Positions 30,012-39,570 of a stretch of 64,000 nucleotides of DNA are shown one piece after another. Both the position numbers and the translations under genes were made by a program. The first letter of the stretch is position 1. The number at the start of each line of letters is the position of its first letter. Source of the stretch: Candidatus Latescibacterota bacterium. GTDB lineage: Bacteria > Latescibacterota > UBA2968 > GCA-2709665. The notes below the pieces were generated by a model. It did no database searches, was not told the DNA's origin, and saw only the letters and a list, made by a program, of their open reading frames with translations. The DNA lies in the NCBI GenBank assembly GCA_965203805.1, contig OZ241917.1, positions 608,001-672,000 of the forward strand, read 5' to 3'.

Positions 30012-30233
30012 GATTAAAAATGTACGAAAAAGTCAAGTTTGCCGGATCCGCCTCGGGCCGGGCCCGACGCTTCCTGCGGACGGGATGTCCGACAGGTGCT
30101 TTTCCCTTGACAGAAGCGCCAGGTTTTCGCTTATTTATCGCCGTCGATTCCGAATGCGTACGGCGTTGGAATTCAGGCCTGCGCCGTCACGTGGCCCCTG
30201 CTCACCGCGCGTCACCTGATGAGGCCCTGTACG

Positions 30234-30653
30234 ATGCTGGATCAATATGCCAATGTCCTGATTTTTCTGGGAATCGGCGGGCTCTTCGTGGTGGTCAATC
30301 TGTTCATCGGCAGTCTGATCCGGCCCCGGAATCCCAGCGCGGAGAAACTGAGTACGTACGAGTGTGGTGAAGAGCCCGTGGGCGGATCGTGGATTCAATT
30401 CAACATACGGTTTTACGTGATTGCCCTGGATTTCATCATCTTCGACGTCGAGGTTGTACTGCTGTATCCGTGGGCGGTGGTGGCGAATGATTTCGGCTGG
30501 TACGGCTTCGGCGCAATGTCTGTATTCGTGGTGGTTCTCCTGCTCGGCCTGGCGTATGCCTGGCGGAAGGGGGCCCTGGAATGGGTTCGTCCCAAGCTGT
30601 CGGGCCGGCAGGCGCCGGTGGCCGCTTCGACAACGGGGAGCCGCGTGGGCTGA
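30234..30653 (+). CDS. nuoA: NADH-quinone oxidoreductase subunit A
   Basis: YECGEEP, FYVIAL.FIIFDVE, YAWRKGALEW. Confidence 0.95.
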   Translation: MLDQYANVLIFLGIGGLFVVVNLFIGSLIRPRNPSAEKLSTYECGEEPVGGSWIQFNIRFYVIALDFIIFDVEVVLLYPWAVVANDFGWYGFGAMSVFVVVLLLGLAYAWRKGALEWVRPKLSGRQAPVAASTTGSRVG

Positions 30654-30736
30654 TCGCCCGCGGCAGGCGCGGGAACCGAATCGCGGCGTTTCACATTAAT
30701 AAGTCCGGCTGAATGCTTCAGGAGGCAGGCCCTTCC

Positions 30737-31222
30737 ATGGGAAAGCTCACAGGTCGTTTCCAGGATAACGTCATCGTGACGTCGGTCGACTATTTCGTCA
30801 ATTGGGCGCGGTTGTCTTCGCTCTGGCCGATGACATTCGGACTGGCGTGCTGCGCCATCGAAATGATGGCCACGGGCGCGTCGCGATACGACTGGTCGCG
30901 TCTGGGCATGGTCCCGCGCGCCACACCCCGGCAGTCCGACCTGATGATCGTGGCCGGTACGGTCACACTGAAAATGGCCACACGCGTGAAGAAGCTGTAC
31001 GACCAGATGGCGGAGCCCCGGTACGTCATGTCCATGGGCTGCTGCGCCACCTCCGGTGGCCCGTACTGGCAGCACGGTTACCACGTTTTGAAGGGTGTTG
31101 ACCGCGTCGTGCCGGTGGACATCTATGTCCCGGGTTGTCCGCCGAGGCCGGAGGCCCTGCTCGAAGGCGTCATGAAACTTCAGGACAAGATTCGCATCGA
31201 TTCCATCGCGAAAGTGAGCTGA
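30737..31222 (+). CDS. nuoB: NADH-quinone oxidoreductase subunit B
   Basis: [21 protein letters not shown]. Confidence 0.96.
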   Translation: MGKLTGRFQDNVIVTSVDYFVNWARLSSLWPMTFGLACCAIEMMATGASRYDWSRLGMVPRATPRQSDLMIVAGTVTLKMATRVKKLYDQMAEPRYVMSMGCCATSGGPYWQHGYHVLKGVDRVVPVDIYVPGCPPRPEALLEGVMKLQDKIRIDSIAKVS

Positions 31223-31265
31223 ATTTCGCGCACGGTCTTTCCCGGACGGCGGGTGGGGGCAACCA

Positions 31266-31736
31266 ATGACGCCGCAGGAGATCTTCGACCGGCTGAAGGC
31301 AACGTTCGGCGACCGGGTCCTGGATCTGACGGAGAACGTGGATCCGTTTATCCGGGTAAATGCCGGCGCAATTGCGGATATCGGTCTGTACCTGCGGGAC
31401 GACGAGGCGATGCGCTTCGAGTCACTGATGTGTCTGAGCGGGGTGGATTATCCCGAGCACCTTACGGTGGTCTATCATCTGTTCTCCACGACCCTGGGGC
31501 ACAAGATTACATTGAAGACGGAGGTGGGGAGAGACGACCCCCATGTGCCGACCGTGGAAGGGGTATGGCGGGTGGCGAACTGGCACGAGCGCGAAACGTT
31601 CGACATGTTCGGGATCATTTTCGACGGCCACAGCGACCTGCGGCGCATCCTGTGCCCCGACGATTGGGAAGGCTGGCCCCTGCGCAAGGACTACGAGGTC
31701 CAGGAATATTATCGCGGCATCAAGGTTGAGGTGTAA
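31266..31736 (+). CDS. nuoC: NADH-quinone oxidoreductase subunit C
   Basis: ANWHERETFDMFGI.F.GH.DLRRIL...WEGWPLRKD. Confidence 0.95.
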   Translation: MTPQEIFDRLKATFGDRVLDLTENVDPFIRVNAGAIADIGLYLRDDEAMRFESLMCLSGVDYPEHLTVVYHLFSTTLGHKITLKTEVGRDDPHVPTVEGVWRVANWHERETFDMFGIIFDGHSDLRRILCPDDWEGWPLRKDYEVQEYYRGIKVEV

Positions 31737-31739
31737 ATT

Positions 31740-32939
31740 ATGGCAGGGATTCCACGGGCGGCGGCAGAGGTGACGGTGGAGCGGCCGGGTCTGCCGCCGG
31801 CAGCGGACATGGAGGGCGACAATCTCAGCAGCGAACTGATGACCATTAATATGGGACCCCAGCATCCCAGCACGCACGGGGTGCTGCGCCTGGAGATCAG
31901 GACGGACGGAGAAATCGTCGAGGAGGCGAAACCCCACATTGGTTATCTGCATCGATGCTTCGAAAAGCATTCCGAAAATCTGCCGTATCCACAGGTGATC
32001 CCGTTCACGGACCGAATGGATTACCTGGCGGCGATGAACAACAACCTGGGGTACGTGCTGGCGGTCGAGAAACTCCTGGGGCTCGATATTCCGGAGCGCG
32101 TGGAGTACATCCGGGTCATCATGTGTGAGTTGAACCGGATTGCGAGCCATCTGGTTTCGTTCGGGACCTATGGAATGGATATCGGGGCGTTTACGCCCTT
32201 TTTGTTTGCCTTCCGCGAACGGGAGGATATCTTCGACCTGTTTGAGATGACGTGCGGTGCCCGGATGTTGTACAACTACATCTGGGTGGGCGGGGTCTCT
32301 CACGATCTGCCGCCGGGATTCGTGGAGCGCTGCCGGAACTTCCTGGCCGCATTCGAAGGGAAACTCAAAGAGTATAACGACCTGCTGACGTACAATAAGA
32401 TCTTCATTGAACGCACGGCCAACGTCGGCGTGCTTTCGCTGGAGTCGGCGTACAGCCACAACATTACCGGCCCCAATCTTCGGGGGTGTGGAGTGAAGTG
32501 GGACCTGCGCCGCGACGAACCTTATTCCATATACGACCGGTTTGAGTTCGACGTGCCCTGCGGCGGAGGGGAGATGGGGACCCTGGGGGATTGCTGGGAC
32601 CGGTACATGGTGCGGATTCGCGAAATGGAACAAAGCGCGGGGATCGTATCCCAGGCGCTCGATCAGTTGCCCGAGGGCGGCGACGTACAGGCGGCGGTCC
32701 CCAGGAACGTCCGCCCTCCCAAAAACGCCGAGTGTTACGTGCGCAGCGAGAACCCCCGGGGCGAACTGGGGGTTTACGTGATCAGCGACGGATCGAACGT
32801 GCCGTACCGGGTACGGGTGAAGTCGCCCTGCTTTACGGTGATGAGTGTTTTTGATGAACTTGCCCGGGGCCATTATCTGGCGGACATTATCGCCATTATC
32901 GGAAGCATCGATATCGTACTGGGTGAGATCGACCGTTAG
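31740..32939 (+). CDS. nuoD: NADH-quinone oxidoreductase subunit D
   Basis: NMGPQHPSTHGVLRL, GYLHR, DRMDY, C-terminal GEIDR. Confidence 0.96.
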   Translation: MAGIPRAAAEVTVERPGLPPAADMEGDNLSSELMTINMGPQHPSTHGVLRLEIRTDGEIVEEAKPHIGYLHRCFEKHSENLPYPQVIPFTDRMDYLAAMNNNLGYVLAVEKLLGLDIPERVEYIRVIMCELNRIASHLVSFGTYGMDIGAFTPFLFAFREREDIFDLFEMTCGARMLYNYIWVGGVSHDLPPGFVERCRNFLAAFEGKLKEYNDLLTYNKIFIERTANVGVLSLESAYSHNITGPNLRGCGVKWDLRRDEPYSIYDRFEFDVPCGGGEMGTLGDCWDRYMVRIREMEQSAGIVSQALDQLPEGGDVQAAVPRNVRPPKNAECYVRSENPRGELGVYVISDGSNVPYRVRVKSPCFTVMSVFDELARGHYLADIIAIIGSIDIVLGEIDR

Positions 32940-32948
32940 GATTGCCTT

Positions 32949-34121
32949 ATGCTCGAATTAGCGGCGGCTCTCGTAGACGAGGTGGGATTCTTGAGCGCGG
33001 TGCCGATCGGCCTGCTGTCCGTTGCGCTGGGGCTGCTCGCCGGGATCGTCGTCGTAACGCTCGTCGCCGTTCTGGGCCTGATCATGGTTTATATGGAAAT
33101 GAAGATTTCCGCCCACATCCAGGACCGTCTTGGGCCGATGCGAACCGGGGGTTGGCACGGCTGGGCCCAGCCGATTGCCGATGGCGTCAAACTGCTGCTG
33201 AAGGAGGACATCATACCTGCAGCCGCGGACAAACCCCTGTTCATTCTGGCCCCCCTTCTCGTCTTTTCCGGAACCCTGGCGATCTTCGTGTGTATTCCTT
33301 TCGGCGGCAGCCTTATCGTGAGCGATCTCAACATCGGGATCTTCTATATTCTCGCCATTTCGTCGCTTGGCGTGCTCGGCATTCTCATGGCGGGATGGGC
33401 GTCCAACAACAAGTGGTCTCTGCTCGGCGCGATGCGCTCTGCGGCGCAGGTCGTCAGCTACGAAATTCCCGTGGCCATGGCGTTTCTGAGTGTGATCCCG
33501 CTTGTGGGCACTCTGAGCACGCAGGAACTGGTCGCGGCGCAGTCCGGATCGATATATCACTGGCTCGTTTTTCGCAATCCCTTTACGTTCCTCGCGTTCA
33601 TTCTTTACTTCATCGCCTCGCTTGCAGAGGTCAACCGGACGCCGTTCGATATCCCCGAAGCCGAATCCGAACTGGTTGCGGGGTACCACACCGAATACAG
33701 CGGTATGCGGTTCTCGTTCTTTTTCGTGGCGGAATACGCGGCGATGGTTGCCGTGGGCATGGTCGGGGCGGTCGTGTTTCTGGGCGGCTGGCAGGCGCCG
33801 TGGGGCGGCTCATTCCCGGCCGGTCCCATATGGATGATCGGAAAGGGACTGTTGCTGGTCGCGGTGCAGATGTGGATACGCTGGACCCTTCCGCGGCTGC
33901 GCGTCGACCAGTTGATGTTCGTGGGCTGGAAGGTGCTCACGCCGGCCGCGTTTCTGTGCTTTCTGGGGTCGGTCGCCTGGCACTTTGCCGCTCCGGAGTG
34001 GCTGCAGGAACTCGCCAAGGTAGGACTGATGGGCGTGATGGCGGTCGTTCTCGCTTTCCTCTTGCGTTCAGCCGCCCAGGGACTGATGCAGGGGCGGACG
34101 CAGCGCGCCCACACGGCATAA
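32949..34121 (+). CDS. nuoH: NADH-quinone oxidoreductase subunit H
   Basis: QPIADGVKLL.KED, NRTPFDIPEAESELVAGY.TEYSG. Confidence 0.96.
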   Translation: MLELAAALVDEVGFLSAVPIGLLSVALGLLAGIVVVTLVAVLGLIMVYMEMKISAHIQDRLGPMRTGGWHGWAQPIADGVKLLLKEDIIPAAADKPLFILAPLLVFSGTLAIFVCIPFGGSLIVSDLNIGIFYILAISSLGVLGILMAGWASNNKWSLLGAMRSAAQVVSYEIPVAMAFLSVIPLVGTLSTQELVAAQSGSIYHWLVFRNPFTFLAFILYFIASLAEVNRTPFDIPEAESELVAGYHTEYSGMRFSFFFVAEYAAMVAVGMVGAVVFLGGWQAPWGGSFPAGPIWMIGKGLLLVAVQMWIRWTLPRLRVDQLMFVGWKVLTPAAFLCFLGSVAWHFAAPEWLQELAKVGLMGVMAVVLAFLLRSAAQGLMQGRTQRAHTA

Positions 34122-34182
34122 GAAGTTCGGCGCGTTGGTCCACATTCAGGATCTTACGGACTCCTCCTTCATAGGTGACGCA

Positions 34183-34668
34183 ATGGCATCGTATTTCAGG
34201 AATCTCTATCAGTCGGCTGCTTCCATCTGGACAGGCTTGAATATCACGTTAAAGCATCTGTTCACGCCGTCGATAACGCTGGAGTACCCGGACGAGCGCT
34301 GGCAGATGCCGGAACGGTCGCGGAACCAGTTGTTCAACGATATCGACGATTGCATCGGCTGCGATCAGTGCGCAAGGGCATGTCCGGTGGACTGCATCTA
34401 CATCGAGTGTGAAAAAGCAGGTCCTGACGAGGATCTCGGCCTGACGTCCAAGGGGACCAAGAAGCGGCTGAAGGTTCTCCGTTTCGACATCGACATGGGG
34501 CTCTGCTGCTATTGCGGCCTCTGTACGTATCCCTGCCCCACTGAATGCCTGATTATGACCCCGAATTACGAGTCGTCCGTTTACGACCGGACGGACCTGG
34601 TCTACCGGTACGCCCGTCCCTGGGACTACGAAAAAGAGCCCGCCGACGCGGAGTCTTCGGATCGCTAG
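34183..34668 (+). CDS. nuoI: NADH-quinone oxidoreductase subunit I
   Basis: Two 4Fe-4S motifs: CIGCDQCARACP and CCYCGLCTYPCP. Confidence 0.93.
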   Translation: MASYFRNLYQSAASIWTGLNITLKHLFTPSITLEYPDERWQMPERSRNQLFNDIDDCIGCDQCARACPVDCIYIECEKAGPDEDLGLTSKGTKKRLKVLRFDIDMGLCCYCGLCTYPCPTECLIMTPNYESSVYDRTDLVYRYARPWDYEKEPADAESSDR

Positions 34669-34758
34669 CGGAACGCGAAGCGCCGGGAATGCCGGAGCCG
34701 GTCACGGCGCAGTCGGGCAATCGGCAAAAGGCGCGGGACGTCCAGGATTGGTTGACAT

Positions 34759-35280
34759 ATGGAACTTTCGACAATCGTATTCTACCTGTTTGCCGCGGTG
34801 ACCGTCGGGTCGGCGGCCGCGGTCGTGTTCGTAAGCCGTCTGATCTACGCGGTGTTTGCCCTTCTGTTCACGTTTTTCGGTGTCGCCGGTCTGTACGTCT
34901 TTCTCGACGCCGACTTCCTGGCGGGCGCGCAGGTGCTGATTTACGTCGGTGGCATTCTGATTCTGCTGCTCTTCGGCGTGATGTTGACCAACCGGATCTA
35001 CGATCTGAATCTTCTGTCCGAACGGGTGCAGTTTCTGCCCAGCCTGGTTGTCGTCGGCGCTGGATTCGCACTCCTGGTCATGGTGATCATGAAGACGTCA
35101 TGGCCGCTGTCCGAGGGTCCGTCGCCGGCTTCCAGTACAGCGGAAATCGGGAGATCCCTCATGACAACCTACGTCCTTCCGTTCGAGGTGGCCGGCATGC
35201 TGCTGCTGGCGGCCCTGCTCGGCGCATCGATGCTGGCGGGAAGCGGGAAGGGGCAGGAGGAGGATGAGGGGGAGTTATGA
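34759..35280 (+). CDS. nuoJ: NADH-quinone oxidoreductase subunit J
   Basis: AQVLIYVGGI..L.LFGVML, YVLPFE. Confidence 0.93.
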   Translation: MELSTIVFYLFAAVTVGSAAAVVFVSRLIYAVFALLFTFFGVAGLYVFLDADFLAGAQVLIYVGGILILLLFGVMLTNRIYDLNLLSERVQFLPSLVVVGAGFALLVMVIMKTSWPLSEGPSPASSTAEIGRSLMTTYVLPFEVAGMLLLAALLGASMLAGSGKGQEEDEGEL

Positions 35281-35582
35281 TTGCGCTGGAGCACTATCTG
35301 GTCGTTGCGGCCATTCTGTTTTGTCTGGGAATTCTGGCCGTTGCCACCCGTCGCAACGCAATCAGCATCCTGATGGGGGTGGAACTCATTCTGAATGCCG
35401 CCAACCTGAATCTCGTCGCGTTCGCGCGGTTCACCGATTCGGGATTCGGGGGTCAGGTATTCGCCGTTTTCGTAATCGTCCTCGCCGCGGCCGAAGCGGC
35501 GGTTGCGCTGGCGATCGTTCTGAATATCTACCGCAATTATCAGATGGTCAACATCGACAGACTGAACTCATTGAGCGGTTGA
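35277..35582 (+). CDS. nuoK: NADH-quinone oxidoreductase subunit K
   Basis: LMGVELILNAANLN, AAAEAAVALAI. Confidence 0.95.
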   Translation: MIALEHYLVVAAILFCLGILAVATRRNAISILMGVELILNAANLNLVAFARFTDSGFGGQVFAVFVIVLAAAEAAVALAIVLNIYRNYQMVNIDRLNSLSG

Positions 35583-35600
35583 CGTCTCCCGGGGGAGTGA

Positions 35601-37688
35601 ATGCCCTTGAATCTGCTCCTGATTCTGTTGATCCCCGTACTGCCCCTTGCGGCTTTTGCCGTACAGGCGTTCTGGGGGCGGCGCCTTCCCCGCGGGGGCG
35701 ATTGGGTGCCCCTCGCTGCGATTTCCATTTCATTTCTGCTTTCTCTCCGGTACTTCATCCTCGCACTTTCTGCCTACGATCCGGCCTGGCGCCTGGAGTT
35801 CGATTCGTGGGTCTGGCTGGACCTGAGCATCGCGAAGATCGCCGTTGGCCTGCTGGTCGACAATATCACCGCCGTCATGCTGATGGTTGTCACGGTCGTA
35901 AGTGGACTGGTGCACCTCTATTCGGTCGGCTATATGCACGGAGACCCGCGTTATTCTCGGTTTTTCGGGTTCCTGGCCATTTTTTCCTTCTCGATGCTGG
36001 GCCTGGTTCTGGTCGATAATTTCCTGCTGCTCTATGTGTTCTGGGAACTCGTGGGGCTATCATCCTATCTGCTGATCGGCTTCTGGTACGAAAAACCTTC
36101 GGCGGCTGCGGCATGCAAGAAAGCGTTTCTGGTAAACCGCATCGGGGACCTGGGCTTTTTCGTGGGCATCATGATCGTCTTCTGGAAGGTCGGCGCTTTC
36201 GACTATGCAAGTGTCTACGACGGGGTTGCCAGCGGGCGGCTTGGCGGGGGATTGCTTACGGCTGCCGGTCTGTGCCTGTTCTGCGGCGCGGTGGGTAAGT
36301 CGGCGCAGTTTCCACTACACGTCTGGCTGCCCGACGCCATGGAAGGCCCCACGCCCGTCAGCGCCCTGATCCATGCCGCGACCATGGTTGCCGCGGGTGT
36401 GTATATGGTAACGAGGATGTTCCCGATCCTTACGCCGGACGCGCTTTTGGTGATCGCCTACATCGGAGCGATCACGGCGATTCTGGGCGCGACCATCGCC
36501 GTGGCACAGTACGATATCAAACGCGTCCTGGCATATTCGACCATCAGTCAGTTGGGATACATGATCATGGGTCTTGGCGTCGGCGCGTATGTGGCGGGGT
36601 TTTTCCATCTGATGACGCACGCGGCCTTCAAGGCCTGTCTCTTCCTCGGATCGGGCAGCGTCATCCATGCGGTGGAACACGCGTTCCATAAGACACATAA
36701 CGATCTCGACCCGCAGGATATGCGGAACATGGGCGGGTTGCGGGCGAAGATGCCGCTGACTTTCTGGACCTTTCTGATTGCGACCGTGGCCCTGGCCGGT
36801 GTGCCGCTAACCTCCGGTTTTCTCAGCAAAGACGCAATACTGGCCGGAGCGCTGGGATTCGGCGGTTTCTCCCGGCCGGTCCATTTCCTGCTGCCGCTGA
36901 TCGGGTTTGCCGCGGCCGGATTAACGGCCTTTTACATGTTCCGGCTGATTTTCCTCACGTTTTACGGAAAGCCGCGGGAAAAGTCCCTTGTCGAGAACGC
37001 CCACGAATCCCCTGGCGTGATGACGGTTCCGCTGATTGTGCTCGCGGCACTGAGTTTCTGGATCTTCTATGCCTGGAACCCTCTGGGCGGAGAGGGCTGG
37101 TTTCACCACCTCGTCAGGGTGCCTGAAGCCGGGTTGCAAGCAGCCGGAGGCGCACCGTTGCCGGTTGGCGCGGGCGCGGAAGTCTATGCGGCCGGATCGG
37201 GCAACGACGCGGCCGACGCGGCGCACTACCCGGCGATGGTCCTCTCGTTGCTTGTTGCCGCGGCCGGCATCTATACGGCGTATCGCAAGTACTACAACCG
37301 GCGGGAAGAGATGATCGCACTGGAGGCGTCGTCGCTTCAGTCGGGTGGATTCTTCCGAACGCTGAACCGCAAGTGGTATTTCGACGAACTGTACGACGCC
37401 AGCTTTGTCCGGGCGGTCATGGTCGGCCGTACGGTATTGGACTGGTTCGACTCCCGTATTGTAGACGGGCTCGTGAATCTGTCCGCGACGTTTACCCGGG
37501 GCATTTCCTTTATCGATCGCCTGTTTGACGAATGGGTGGTCGACGGCCTCGTGAACGCCGTTGCCGGGGTGATCAGGTGGGCCGGCGGTGGGTTGAGACG
37601 CATTCAGACCGGACGCCTCCAGACCTACGTGGTCCTGGTGATGGGAGGTATTCTGGCGCTGATGGTCATCAGATTGATGGTGTCCTGA
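35601..37688 (+). CDS. nuoL: NADH-quinone oxidoreductase subunit L
   Basis: GKSAQFPLHVWLPDAMEGPTPVSALIHAATMV. Confidence 0.96.
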   Translation: MPLNLLLILLIPVLPLAAFAVQAFWGRRLPRGGDWVPLAAISISFLLSLRYFILALSAYDPAWRLEFDSWVWLDLSIAKIAVGLLVDNITAVMLMVVTVVSGLVHLYSVGYMHGDPRYSRFFGFLAIFSFSMLGLVLVDNFLLLYVFWELVGLSSYLLIGFWYEKPSAAAACKKAFLVNRIGDLGFFVGIMIVFWKVGAFDYASVYDGVASGRLGGGLLTAAGLCLFCGAVGKSAQFPLHVWLPDAMEGPTPVSALIHAATMVAAGVYMVTRMFPILTPDALLVIAYIGAITAILGATIAVAQYDIKRVLAYSTISQLGYMIMGLGVGAYVAGFFHLMTHAAFKACLFLGSGSVIHAVEHAFHKTHNDLDPQDMRNMGGLRAKMPLTFWTFLIATVALAGVPLTSGFLSKDAILAGALGFGGFSRPVHFLLPLIGFAAAGLTAFYMFRLIFLTFYGKPREKSLVENAHESPGVMTVPLIVLAALSFWIFYAWNPLGGEGWFHHLVRVPEAGLQAAGGAPLPVGAGAEVYAAGSGNDAADAAHYPAMVLSLLVAAAGIYTAYRKYYNRREEMIALEASSLQSGGFFRTLNRKWYFDELYDASFVRAVMVGRTVLDWFDSRIVDGLVNLSATFTRGISFIDRLFDEWVVDGLVNAVAGVIRWAGGGLRRIQTGRLQTYVVLVMGGILALMVIRLMVS

Positions 37689-37694
37689 CCTGCC

Positions 37695-37835
37695 GTATGG
37701 TGTCCCGGAACAGGTTGCCTGACGTCGGCCGACGAGTCGCCCGACTGGCATTCTCCGTCCCGTCGACAAACTCAATGCAACCGGACTGGATCAACCGGCA
37801 ATCGAATGATGACGTTATTTCGGGGACACGACACT
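37695..37835 (+). mobile_element. MITE-like repeat family 1, copy A (nuoL-nuoM spacer)
   Basis: TGTCCCGGAACAGGTTGCCTGACGTCGGCCGACGAGTCGC core shared with copies B-D; right end TTTCGGGGACACGACACT is an imperfect terminal inverted repeat. Confidence 0.7.
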
Positions 37836-37919
37836 TGCTGCCTGCGGTACGCGCCACTGGCGGGCCTGCGAGCCGTCCGCCGTGTGCCGTGAGATTTCGA
37901 AGAGGGAGGTAGCCGACAG

Positions 37920-39497
37920 ATGGCTCAATGGATTCTGACACTGTTGACGTTTGTTCCCGTGCTCGGGGCCGTGGTGATTCTACTCCTGCCCGGAAAGTCG
38001 GTGGATGCGATTCGCCGGGTCGCGCTGGCTGCGACGGGGCTCTGTCTTCTGATGGCGGTCTGGCTGTACCAGGATTTCGATCGGTCCGTGCCCGATATGC
38101 AATACGAAGTGCGGCTGAACTGGATCGAGTCGTTCAATATCCAGTATTATATGGGCATCGACGGCCTGAGCGTCTCGATGGTGCTGTTGACGGCGCTGTT
38201 GGGCTTCCTTTGCGTACCCGCATCCTGGAACATCCAACGGGGGGTAAAGGGATATTTCGCACTGTTTCTGCTGCTCGAGACCGGCATGCAGGGTGTATTC
38301 GTGTCGCTCGATTTCTTTCTGTTCTACGTGTTCTGGGAAGTGATGCTGCTGCCGATGTATTTCCTGATCGGGATCTGGGGAGGCCCTCGGAAGGAATACG
38401 CGGCCATCAAGTTCTTCCTCTATACACTGGCGGGCAGCGTCCTGCTATTGCTGGTGATGCTCGCGTTCTACTTCAATGTCACAGATCCCGATACGGGGAA
38501 ACATACGTTCAATATGCTGGTGATGATGGACCAGGCGAACCACTCGGAGTGGCTGCGGGCCGGAATGATCTTCGGGTATTCGGCTCCGGTGATGATCTGG
38601 TTTGCCATGTTCATCGGCTTTGCCATAAAGGTGCCGCTGTTCCCGTTCCACACCTGGCTTCCCGACGCCCATGTCGAAGCGCCGACGGCCATCAGCGTGA
38701 TTCTGGCGGGCGTGCTCCTGAAAATGGGCACGTACGGCATTCTGAGGTTCAACTATCCGATGTTGCCGGACGTGACCCGTGACTTCAGCTATTTTCTGGC
38801 CGTGATCGGGGTCATCAACATCATCTACGGCGCGCTCGTCGCATTGGCGCAATCGGATCTGAAAAAGCTCGTGGCGTACTCGAGCATCAGTCATATGGGG
38901 TTCGTGATGCTCGGTATGTCCTCGTTTACGCCCCACGGAATCAACGGTGCGGTCTTCCAGATGTTCAACCACGGCACGATTACGGCAATGTTGTTTCTGC
39001 TGGTGGGCGTCATATACGACCGTGCGCACCACCGGTATATCGTGTATCCCAATGATTACGAAGATCCGGATTTACGCGGAAAACTGGGATTCGGCGGGCT
39101 GTGGTCGCATATGCCGGTATATGGCAGTCTGACGATGGTGGCGTACTTCGCCGCGCTGGGATTGCCGGGCCTTTCGGGATTTATCAGCGAAGCGCTCTGT
39201 TTCCTGGGTGCATTCCAGGTCCATCGCACCATGACCATCCTGGGCACGCTCGGGGTACTTCTGGGCGCGGCGTACATGCTCTGGGCCTTTCAAAGACTGT
39301 TCATGGGGCCGTTTAACGAACGGTGGAAGGACCTGCCAGAGATCAACGGCCGCGAGATTTTCAGCCTGGCGCCGCTGGCGGTCATTGTCATTGTGCTGGG
39401 CATCTATCCCGCACCGGTTCTCGACCTTCTCGCCCAGTCTCTGGGAGAGCTCGTAAAGGACCTGAACGGACCGGTGATGTCCGTGTTGCAGCAATAG
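37920..39497 (+). CDS. nuoM: NADH-quinone oxidoreductase subunit M
   Basis: KVPLFPFHTWLPDAHVEAPT, LKMGTYG, AYSSISHMG. Confidence 0.96.
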   Translation: MAQWILTLLTFVPVLGAVVILLLPGKSVDAIRRVALAATGLCLLMAVWLYQDFDRSVPDMQYEVRLNWIESFNIQYYMGIDGLSVSMVLLTALLGFLCVPASWNIQRGVKGYFALFLLLETGMQGVFVSLDFFLFYVFWEVMLLPMYFLIGIWGGPRKEYAAIKFFLYTLAGSVLLLLVMLAFYFNVTDPDTGKHTFNMLVMMDQANHSEWLRAGMIFGYSAPVMIWFAMFIGFAIKVPLFPFHTWLPDAHVEAPTAISVILAGVLLKMGTYGILRFNYPMLPDVTRDFSYFLAVIGVINIIYGALVALAQSDLKKLVAYSSISHMGFVMLGMSSFTPHGINGAVFQMFNHGTITAMLFLLVGVIYDRAHHRYIVYPNDYEDPDLRGKLGFGGLWSHMPVYGSLTMVAYFAALGLPGLSGFISEALCFLGAFQVHRTMTILGTLGVLLGAAYMLWAFQRLFMGPFNERWKDLPEINGREIFSLAPLAVIVIVLGIYPAPVLDLLAQSLGELVKDLNGPVMSVLQQ

Positions 39498-39570
39498 TCG
39501 ATTAAGAGGGATTCCGATTTTCTGAGCGTCAGCGCGGTACGGGCTCGACGCAGACCGGAGGTACGACCTT

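Noticed and set aside
8024-31222. Other TGA stops (e.g. 8026, 14152, 22719, 31222) as Sec codons
   Set aside because: The proteins are complete at those points, with no Cys-type context or convincing downstream SECIS hairpin.
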